Made by a program: the position numbers and the translations under genes. A stretch of 64,000 nt of DNA, taken from the sequence record MK295204. One strand, 5' to 3'. The notes beneath the pieces are model-generated. The model saw only the letters and a program-made list of their open reading frames with translations, ran no database searches and was not told the origin of the DNA. This DNA is from Shigella phage vB_SdyM_006. Of the stretch, positions 35,860-44,250 are shown piece after piece. Every line of letters begins with the position of its first letter. Position 1 is the stretch's first letter.

Positions 35860-35922
35860 AATATGTCCTTCACATGGAGTAGAAATTAATAATAACACAA
35901 ATAATATGAAAGCATTTCTGTT

Positions 35923-36276
35923 TTAATATTTGTGTTTTGTTTTTCTAACTAATGTAACCTGAAAAGGTGTTTCCATACAATATGTATGGACAACAGAATC
36001 TTTGTCACGATTATGATAATATGGATAATAAGCTACACGATAACCTTCACGCGTAAATCCTAATAGAACGCCAACACTTAGTCCTTTACCGCCACCTATA
36101 GATGAGTAAGAGACAATATCACCAGGACTAATATGATTACCGATCATATCGTGTTTAGGTGTCCCTTGCGTCAACTTGTGGTGCATTTCGTATAGTTCAG
36201 GGTCTGTCTTTAAAATTTCAGAAAAACCTAATTGGTTCTCTGCCTTAAACAGAGAAAAAGCTTCTTGAATTGTCAT
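35923..36276 (-). CDS. Hypothetical protein
   Basis: About 117 aa; the ORF-track start is a GTG one codon upstream. Confidence 0.45.
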   Translation of the reverse strand: MTIQEAFSLFKAENQLGFSEILKTDPELYEMHHKLTQGTPKHDMIGNHISPGDIVSYSSIGGGKGLSVGVLLGFTREGYRVAYYPYYHNRDKDSVVHTYCMETPFQVTLVRKTKHKY

Positions 36277-36416
36277 CACCAGCCCTCGTCTTCGCGTTCT
36301 TGATAATTATAATAAGTATCACGTTCTTCGCCGTTAGATTCTTTTTTGGATTGATTTTCAAAAAAACGTTGTAGTTCTCTTGCTTCTCGGATTTCTTTTT
36401 CTGTCATAGTATATCC

Positions 36417-36791
36417 TTACTCTATCTCTTTATGATCGCCCACTTTATATTTTTCTAAAGCTTCATCTTTAGATTTAGCTTCAATTTCGTATAAAATAGG
36501 AGTGTACCATTCGCCACAAAAAACCGAATCGTTTGAGTCTATTAAATCAGCATGTTTATCAATATACTCTTTGATATCGTCTGGGCTATCTAAAAATTCT
36601 AGACACTCTTCTTCGTATCCAACCAATTCAATAAAATGTTCTAATACTGCAATATAGTATTTTTTATTAAGGTGACTAGTATTTAATCTAAATACTCTTC
36701 CTGTTGGAGGAACAACAGGTCGTATTTCCATAAGACCTTTATCAATCATTTCTTTAATGATTGGAAGATCTTGGATTTCTGGCCGTTGCAT
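36417..36791 (-). CDS. Hypothetical protein
   Basis: 124-aa ORF. Confidence 0.5.
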   Translation of the reverse strand: MQRPEIQDLPIIKEMIDKGLMEIRPVVPPTGRVFRLNTSHLNKKYYIAVLEHFIELVGYEEECLEFLDSPDDIKEYIDKHADLIDSNDSVFCGEWYTPILYEIEAKSKDEALEKYKVGDHKEIE

Positions 36792-36809
36792 AATATTCCT
36801 TAAATTTAA

Positions 36810-37097
36810 TCACGAAATTGATTTTACAAAATTCGGAAAAAGATTTTTAATAATAAAAATATGGATTATTGCAGAAATACCTGCACCCATAATTAGCACT
36901 ACAAATCCTAAAATAAGCCCAGCCATCATAGCATATTGCATATCTTCAGGAACACTCATAGCCCGTTCGTATTCAGAAAAGAATTTCTTTTGGACTAACC
37001 AATCATAAATAAACCAAAAATATAACCCGCATGAGCTTCCTACTAAAGTCAGCCAATAAATAAACCCAACAAAATTTTTAGTGCTCTCATTTTTCAT
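36810..37097 (-). CDS. Membrane protein (two TM)
   Basis: 95 aa with two hydrophobic helices. Confidence 0.45.
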   Translation of the reverse strand: MKNESTKNFVGFIYWLTLVGSSCGLYFWFIYDWLVQKKFFSEYERAMSVPEDMQYAMMAGLILGFVVLIMGAGISAIIHIFIIKNLFPNFVKSIS

Positions 37098-37129
37098 AAT
37101 CTATTTCTCACAATTTTTGTTAACGAAAC

Positions 37130-37342
37130 TTAATAACCAAGTTCTTCAATAAAACCATCTAAGGACCAATTGTATTTCATTTCTGATTTACTGTAAACAA
37201 ATATTTTAGAGTTTTCAATTTTATCATAATCTTCTGGATTAACGTTGTTTGATAATGGGCACACTAATTTTAAGCATTCAATATTAGATGCAAATCCAAC
37301 AAATAAAAAATCAAGGTCTTTTAAAGAATAGATTTTAATCAT
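37130..37342 (-). CDS. Hypothetical protein
   Basis: 70-aa ORF. Confidence 0.4.
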   Translation of the reverse strand: MIKIYSLKDLDFLFVGFASNIECLKLVCPLSNNVNPEDYDKIENSKIFVYSKSEMKYNWSLDGFIEELGY

Positions 37343-37774
37343 TTAACTAATCTGCTTCAAAGGTTGAGTGATAATAGGTTTATCAACAAAATACACTTTC
37401 ATTTCATCGAAAACACGAATAAAATCATAATCATATTGTACAGGCTCACCAAGAATAGTTTGTAAAGCTTTTAATAAATTACTACTTGGAAAATATTTGT
37501 CTACAAATTCTTGAGAAATTTTTGATTCTGAAAGTAATTTATCTAAATTTGTTCTAATACCATCTTCAATGTCATAAAAATCTTCATTACAAAGATCTTC
37601 GCCACCATGATAACTTGGCTTAAAGATCATAAGAACATTTGAGAACATAGTCACTTCTTCTAGAGTGAGGCCATCAAAATACTGGGTAGAAAAATCATCT
37701 GCGTCATTTTCCCAAGTAGTAACAGAAATTAAATATCCTGATTTAACATTTAAGCCATTAATTAATTCTTTCAT
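37343..37774 (-). CDS. Hypothetical acidic protein
   Basis: 143-aa ORF. Confidence 0.5.
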   Translation of the reverse strand: MKELINGLNVKSGYLISVTTWENDADDFSTQYFDGLTLEEVTMFSNVLMIFKPSYHGGEDLCNEDFYDIEDGIRTNLDKLLSESKISQEFVDKYFPSSNLLKALQTILGEPVQYDYDFIRVFDEMKVYFVDKPIITQPLKQIS

Positions 37775-37846
37775 TTTATATACCGTGTTGTTTAAAAGAA
37801 TTTAATCATATACAAGAATATTTTTATGCGATTAAAAACCAAAAAA

Positions 37847-37865
37847 GAGACCGAAGTCTCTTTTT
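37847..37865 (-). terminator. Hairpin GAGAC-CGAA-GUCUC flanked by A/T runs (terminator-like in both orientations)
   Basis: Read directly; between the 37883-38161 and 37343-37774 ORFs. Confidence 0.4.
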
Positions 37866-37882
37866 AATTAGTTAGTATGGTT

Positions 37883-38161
37883 TTATAAAGTGCTCTTTAA
37901 AGCCTTTTCTATATCTTTTGAATTAAGATTAACTTCTGTTTTGGCCACTATAGCTTTAGAAATATTAAATTTCTTAAATTTTGAAGAATTTAAAATAGTT
38001 TTTAAATCTTTAGCTTCTATGACATCTACAACGTCATTTTCGTTTTTACTTCCAATAATTACAGCACGATAGCCTTCAATTTCATCATATTTAGAAAATC
38101 TATATTGGAATTCTACACTAAAATCTTTAGATTCATTCAAAAATTCATCAAATGTTTTCAT
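37883..38161 (-). CDS. Internal-protein-like (capsid-targeted) protein
   Basis: 92 aa; N-terminus MKTFDEFLNE matches the T4 internal-protein capsid-targeting sequence MKTYQEFIAE. Confidence 0.55.
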   Translation of the reverse strand: MKTFDEFLNESKDFSVEFQYRFSKYDEIEGYRAVIIGSKNENDVVDVIEAKDLKTILNSSKFKKFNISKAIVAKTEVNLNSKDIEKALKSTL

Positions 38162-38222
38162 TTTTAATCTCTGGTGTTTAAATTTATAAGTATTATATCA
38201 CAATTTTTATGATTGTAAACTG

Positions 38223-38495
38223 TTATTTTAAATATTGGACCATTTTATCTACCATATCATCATCTCTGACATTAAACAAATAATCTACTTCTTTGCTATT
38301 TTTCAGTATTTGCCATTCACCTGCACGATGTCGAACAAAAGTATATGCTCCTGATTTGAATGAATCACTACTAATTTTTTTGACATGTTTTATCTTAAGG
38401 CCTTCAACCTCGGCCCATGCCACAATTTGTTGGGCTGGGGTTAATCCATAATTTTTACGCTTAACTTCTGTTATGAATTCATTAAATGTTTTCAT
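38223..38495 (-). CDS. Internal-protein-like (capsid-targeted) protein, IPI position next to 57B
   Basis: 90 aa; N-terminus MKTFNEFITE matches the capsid-targeting sequence; same position as T4 ipI. Confidence 0.6.
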   Translation of the reverse strand: MKTFNEFITEVKRKNYGLTPAQQIVAWAEVEGLKIKHVKKISSDSFKSGAYTFVRHRAGEWQILKNSKEVDYLFNVRDDDMVDKMVQYLK

Positions 38496-38555
38496 TTTTC
38501 AATTATTCCTCTTTAGTGGTTTAAACATACTATCGTCTTAAATTACGTATGTAAA

Positions 38556-39232
<677 letters not shown>

Positions 39233-39252
<20 letters not shown>

Positions 39253-39892
39253 GTTTTACCTTTTTTTGAAAAATTTCTAAAGAATCATTATTTTCAATAA
39301 CAATATCACCTTCTAAAATAGGGAGGTCTTGTTCAGTGATATGGTCATCATTTGTAATTGTATTTTTTTTAATATGGATAATTTTACCTTTATTGTTTCG
39401 AACAGTATCAATTTCATGTACTTGTCGACAATCAGTAATAATAACAACATGACTTCTAGGGATTAATTTATCAATGTAATTGAAAACCATATCTACCCAG
39501 TACATTTTATCCATGCTTACAACAATATCAGTTCCAAGGGTCTGTAGGAACTTTCGAATTGTAAATTCATTATTATTTATAATAGGGATTTCTGGTATAT
39601 CACCTTTAAGACCATGACTTTTTAAATATCGAATACAGCGAATCATATAATCTTCGAATTGTTCTTGTGTCATATTTAATTTATATTCGCGATCAATGCC
39701 ATGTCCGTCAAAGTCATCATAGGTCAATTCAAACCCATTATAGTTTTGCCAATTTATAGACAAAGTGAATTTTAGATAATCGGCAAAAGCCATAGTGTGT
39801 GAAGTAATATTATTTTCTTCACAAATATCTTCAATAAATTTAGCACATGTATCTTTTCCGGAACGTTTTTTACCGGTCAAACCAATAATCAT
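39233..39892 (-). CDS. 1: Deoxynucleoside monophosphate kinase gp1
   Basis: 219 aa; P-loop GLTGKKRSGKDT and overall resemblance to T4 gp1. Confidence 0.85.
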
Positions 39893-39894
39893 AA

Positions 39895-40473
39895 TTACCT
39901 CATAGAAGGATGTAAGTTTCTACCTATTGAAATAGCGGAGTCTTGAATAGACGGACGAGATACTATAATTTTATTATTTTTCTCTATTTCGAAATATTTA
40001 AAGTTAAATACAACAGTCATATAAACCGCTGGGTCACCTTCGTTATCATAACCATATTCTATATCAGATATAGAAGAAGGCCAAGCGCCATAATAGTTAA
40101 ATGATATTAAGGATTCTTTTTTATCATTATCTAATATATGTAATATCAGTCCTTCAGGTTGTCCAGATGGGTCCCAGGCGGTATTATTATGGGTGATATA
40201 GTTATTAATTGATAACATCCATTTGTATATCTCTACGTAAGAGAGGAGTTCCTCGTCTAATAAAACTTTAGCTACTAATTCTCCATGTTCAAGTGTAGAA
40301 CCTGGTAAATTAGATCTACCAAGTCCTTTTGTTCCTAAAGGAACTTCAGTAATAGGTATTCTAACATCAGGAAGTGTAAAGCTTTGGACATTTAATGTAA
40401 ACGCTTCAGTTAATTTACTATCTGGTATATCAATTCTAAAATTTGTAGAATTTGTTTGATTAAAAAAACTCAT
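39895..40473 (-). CDS. 3: Tail completion / tube terminator protein gp3
   Basis: 192 aa; assigned by synteny (1-3-2-4). Confidence 0.65.
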   Translation of the reverse strand: MSFFNQTNSTNFRIDIPDSKLTEAFTLNVQSFTLPDVRIPITEVPLGTKGLGRSNLPGSTLEHGELVAKVLLDEELLSYVEIYKWMLSINNYITHNNTAWDPSGQPEGLILHILDNDKKESLISFNYYGAWPSSISDIEYGYDNEGDPAVYMTVVFNFKYFEIEKNNKIIVSRPSIQDSAISIGRNLHPSMR

Positions 40474-40664
40474 ATTAGTTTCCTTGTTTTATTAATTTAT
40501 TAAAAGTATAGTATATTCTATATAACTATTAAGTAATAAATTAATAACTATATGTTACTATTTCTAAAGAAATCTGGAGCTGCGCTCCAGAATTTTTATT
40601 ATTTTATTAAGTTCTTTATATATTATATATAACTATTAAGTAATAAATTAATAACTGTACGTTA
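40474..40664. repeat. Intergenic repeat module copy B: promoter-like unit, stem-loop (GGAGC-TGC-GCTCC) plus T-run, second promoter-like unit
   Basis: Same building blocks as 5041-5235 but in a different order. Confidence 0.7.
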
Positions 40665-41483
40665 TTATCTTTTCCAAACTTTAGAAGCTGCAAATCTTGA
40701 ACCTTGAGACATAAATTGCTGAGTAGGCATAAAAATAATATTAGACCAATCTTGTGGTTTAACTTCTATTATAGGGCCTTTAATATGTCCAGGTAAATAA
40801 GCTTTTATCATCTGATCAGAACCATGCATTCCTCTAACACTACTCCAATTAATTTTTAATTTAGTTTTAGAAGAAATGTTACTTGTAGAAGAAAATCTTT
40901 TTAATAGTTCTTCTAAAAATGCTTGTCTGGCTTTAGGTGGTATATAATGAAGATTTAATCCATATAATAATTGATTTCCGTTTCCAGCAGTTTTAGCACC
41001 TAAGAAAATGATCAATGGAAACTTATCCCAATACGGGAGAGTATCTTTATTTTTGGCATCATAAACATAAGTATAAATTTTACCGATTTCTGGTACTTTA
41101 GTTGTTTTTGTTCTTACACCAGTTTTTATAGTTTCTTTAAACCATTTTATAGATTTATTATTAACAGCTGCGCCTTCATTTCTTATTTTTTTCTTTAAAG
41201 TACTTCTAAAGTCATTTACAATTGCAAGTTCACGTTCTCTACGTGATAATTTATGTTTAGATTTACCTTTAATAGCTTCGACTTCTAATGCTTCTTTTAT
41301 TTTATCAGAATACCGACTCATTGCTGATGTGAATGTGCTATATTTTATTCCTTTATATTCAGCAAACTTTTTAGAAGACACAGTTCTTCTAACTTTAGCA
41401 AATTCAACACCTAATTTAATCCAATCTTGTGCTGTTTTAGGTAAAGACATTTCTTCTTCAATTTCAAATATCATCCTTTCCAC
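40665..41483 (-). CDS. 2: DNA end-protector protein gp2
   Basis: 272 aa (T4 gp2 is 274 aa); synteny. Confidence 0.7.
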   Translation of the reverse strand: MERMIFEIEEEMSLPKTAQDWIKLGVEFAKVRRTVSSKKFAEYKGIKYSTFTSAMSRYSDKIKEALEVEAIKGKSKHKLSRRERELAIVNDFRSTLKKKIRNEGAAVNNKSIKWFKETIKTGVRTKTTKVPEIGKIYTYVYDAKNKDTLPYWDKFPLIIFLGAKTAGNGNQLLYGLNLHYIPPKARQAFLEELLKRFSSTSNISSKTKLKINWSSVRGMHGSDQMIKAYLPGHIKGPIIEVKPQDWSNIIFMPTQQFMSQGSRFAASKVWKR

Positions 41484-41920
41484 CCCATGGTCTTTAAAGA
41501 CCTTTCTGTCACTATTTTAAATTTGATATTCATTTTATCCGCTAATTTTTGGGCCGCTTTCCATTTATCACTATTAACCTGGAATGTGTATATTTCTTCC
41601 ATAAATCTTTTTTTAGCCTTAACAGTAATATTAGCAGGTGGTCTAGGTTGTTGGGTTTCTTTAAATGGTTTTACTTCAAATAGAAATTCTTGTCCACTTT
41701 TGAATTTAGCCCAAAAATCCATAAAATATCTTCTTTTTTTGCCATCTGCATTACTAAAGTATGGAATTACGACTTCTTCAGAATTCCACCTAATACAATC
41801 TGGGTTATTATCAAGCCACTTCATAAAAAAGTGTTCCCAAGATGACCTATATGTAATTTTTCTCCAATCACCTTTATATTTGTCTTTATGAACTGGCAAG
41901 TATTTTCCTTTATAAGCCAT
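41471..41920 (-). CDS. 4: Head completion protein gp4
   Basis: 149 aa (T4 gp4 is 150 aa); divergent from gene 53 as in T4. Confidence 0.7.
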   Translation of the reverse strand: MAYKGKYLPVHKDKYKGDWRKITYRSSWEHFFMKWLDNNPDCIRWNSEEVVIPYFSNADGKKRRYFMDFWAKFKSGQEFLFEVKPFKETQQPRPPANITVKAKKRFMEEIYTFQVNSDKWKAAQKLADKMNIKFKIVTERSLKTMGWKG

Positions 41921-41933
41921 AAGTCCACTCCTT

Positions 41934-41941
41934 TATAAATA
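41934..41941 (+). promoter_or_regulatory. Late promoter TATAAATA for gene 53
   Basis: Exact TATAAATA about 30 nt upstream of the gene 53 ATG. Confidence 0.6.
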
Positions 41942-41951
41942 CATATAATAA

Positions 41952-41959
41952 TATTTATA
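41952..41959 (-). promoter_or_regulatory. Late promoter TATAAATA (minus strand) for gene 4
   Basis: Plus-strand tatttata is TATAAATA on minus, about 30 nt upstream of the gene 4 start. Confidence 0.5.
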
Positions 41960-41971
41960 ATAGGGGGTTTT

Positions 41972-42523
41972 ATGATTTTTTCCTTTTTTGATCCTGTAGA
42001 ATATAGAGGAAAACTAACAACCAATATATTCAGAAACTATAAAGTTTATATAAAAAGAGTTTTATCTAATTATAAACTTAAAACATACTATATTTCTGGC
42101 TCACCGAGACCAGAAGAACTTGCTAATGCATTATATGGTAATCCACAACTATATTGGGTCTTATTAATGATCAATGACAATTATGACCCATTCCATGGCT
42201 GGATTAAAGGACAAGAAGCCTCATATCAGAGCGCTATACAACGCTATGAGAACGCAGGAGGACAACAAGTACTATACCATATAGATAATAATGGTGAACG
42301 TTATTATAACCTAGTAGAAGATCCTGATAACCCAGGCCTTTGGTACGATAAAGGCGATAAAGATATGGAACACTTGCAATATAATGGGCCTTTAGCTGCT
42401 ATAGATATTCTTGAAGATTCAATTCTTAAAAACGAAGAACGACGAGAAATAAAAATAATTGACCCTAAAGAAATTCAATCTTTTATTAGTGCAATTATTA
42501 GAGAGATGGAAAAAACACTATGA
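41972..42523 (+). CDS. 53: Baseplate wedge protein gp53
   Basis: 183 aa; MIFSFFDPVEY ... YYISGSPRPEELANALYGNPQLYWVLLMINDNYDP near-colinear with T4 gp53. Confidence 0.85.
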   Translation: MIFSFFDPVEYRGKLTTNIFRNYKVYIKRVLSNYKLKTYYISGSPRPEELANALYGNPQLYWVLLMINDNYDPFHGWIKGQEASYQSAIQRYENAGGQQVLYHIDNNGERYYNLVEDPDNPGLWYDKGDKDMEHLQYNGPLAAIDILEDSILKNEERREIKIIDPKEIQSFISAIIREMEKTL

Positions 42524-44250
42524 ATATCCAAAATTCTTATATCCAACCATTTTTTGGTGTTGTTGAAGATCGAATGGACCCTAAGAAATTAGGACGTGTC
42601 AGAGTTAGAATATATGGAGATCACCCTTTTTCTAAAACTAAAGGTGACGTGGCTGGTTTAGAAACTGAAGATTTATTATGGTTCCAAGTATTATTACCAG
42701 CAACATCTGCTACTGAATCCGGTGTTGGTAATTCTCCAACTGGTATATTAGAAGGCTCTTCAGTTTTTGGCCTATATTTAGACAAATATAAAACTTCAGG
42801 AATTGTTTTAGGGACTTGGGCTGGGATAAGAACAGAAATGCCTAACTACACAGAAGGTTTTTCCGACCCAAATCAACAGTACCCTACTAAACTTGGGAAT
42901 GATTTAAATGATTTATCTCTAGGTGGAAGAATAGGTAAAGAATCTATTGTTAACGTAATTCAAAATGATAATAGAGAAACTGCACCGAACCCATCAAATA
43001 TACCTGCAGGCGAAGAACCTGAAAATAACAGCCCAGAATTGACAATAGAAAAAATGTTACAACGTGACGAAGGCTTACGTTTACGTTGGTACCCAGATAA
43101 TGGATATGCATCTATTGGTATAGGACATTTAATTAAAGCCCAGAAAACATCAGACCCAGATTTAATTAATAAATGGATTTCAGAACTTGTCGGAAGAAAA
43201 GTAACAAACGGAACCATAACAATGGATGAATGTATGTCCATTTTTAAATCTGATATTAAAAAAGTTAAAGATGGAATAGTTAAGCACCCTACTATTGGTC
43301 CGATCTACAAAAAATGTAATGCTTCTAGGAAAATGGCTTTAGAGAACATGGCATATCAAATGGGACTAGGTGGATTAGCTAAATTTAAAAAAACTTTGAG
43401 ATACATGGAAGAAGAAAAATGGGAAGACGCTTATATAAATCTCCAACAATCACTTTGGTTTAGACAAACTAAAGGACGAGCATCAAGGGTTTCTTTGATT
43501 ATTCGTAATGGTAATTTAGAATCATACGGCGAAAAGACCCCTAGTGCCGCTAGGGCGTTCTCTTTACAAAAGAATATAAACATAGAACCTGAAGATCCTT
43601 TTGTCCCTAGCGACTCTAGGGTTATGTTTGAAGAACCTAAAACAGATTATAATAGCCAATACCCATATAATAAAACCTTTGGAACAGAATCAGGTATGAT
43701 TCAAGAATTTGACGATACACCTGGTGCCGAACGTTATAGACTAACACATACTTCAGGAACATACCAAGAAATTTCTCCAGATGGAAGAAATGTACAAAAA
43801 ATAATTGGGGACAATTATAAAATAGTCCAACAAGACGACCATATATTAGTCCAAGGCGATGTTAAACTTGTTATTGGCGGTAATTCTAATGTTTACATTA
43901 TGGGGTCATTAAACCAAACAATTGATGGAAGTATAAATCAAACTGTTAGAGGAAATGTTGTTCAACATGTAGAAGGTAATGTTAAAGCGACAATAGACCA
44001 AACGGCCGATATTCTTGTTAAAGAAGAAGCTATGATAACAGTTGAAAAAGATTTAACAGTTAATGCAAATCAAAATGCGGAAATTAATGTTAAAGAAAAA
44101 GCCACGGTTAATGCAGAAAATATTTCTGTTAACGCAGAGAAGACTATGAAGTTTAAAGCTGAAGATGTTGATTTTAGTGCAGTTAAAACATTTTCTGTTG
44201 ATTCTGGTGTTCTTACTAAAATTACAGGTGCTAATGTACAGGTGGGATAA
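42520..44250 (+). CDS. 5: Baseplate hub / cell-puncturing device with lysozyme domain gp5
   Basis: 576 aa; N-terminal OB domain (FFGVVEDRMDPKKLGRVRVRIYG), lysozyme domain (LQRDEGLRLRWYPDNGYASIGIGHLI) and C-terminal beta-helix repeats. Confidence 0.9.
   Translation: MNIQNSYIQPFFGVVEDRMDPKKLGRVRVRIYGDHPFSKTKGDVAGLETEDLLWFQVLLPATSATESGVGNSPTGILEGSSVFGLYLDKYKTSGIVLGTWAGIRTEMPNYTEGFSDPNQQYPTKLGNDLNDLSLGGRIGKESIVNVIQNDNRETAPNPSNIPAGEEPENNSPELTIEKMLQRDEGLRLRWYPDNGYASIGIGHLIKAQKTSDPDLINKWISELVGRKVTNGTITMDECMSIFKSDIKKVKDGIVKHPTIGPIYKKCNASRKMALENMAYQMGLGGLAKFKKTLRYMEEEKWEDAYINLQQSLWFRQTKGRASRVSLIIRNGNLESYGEKTPSAARAFSLQKNINIEPEDPFVPSDSRVMFEEPKTDYNSQYPYNKTFGTESGMIQEFDDTPGAERYRLTHTSGTYQEISPDGRNVQKIIGDNYKIVQQDDHILVQGDVKLVIGGNSNVYIMGSLNQTIDGSINQTVRGNVVQHVEGNVKATIDQTADILVKEEAMITVEKDLTVNANQNAEINVKEKATVNAENISVNAEKTMKFKAEDVDFSAVKTFSVDSGVLTKITGANVQVG

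Noticed and set aside
41821-42024. 67-aa minus-strand ORF spanning the 4/53 divergent promoter region
   Set aside because: Overlaps the 5' ends of both gene 4 and gene 53 and the late promoters.
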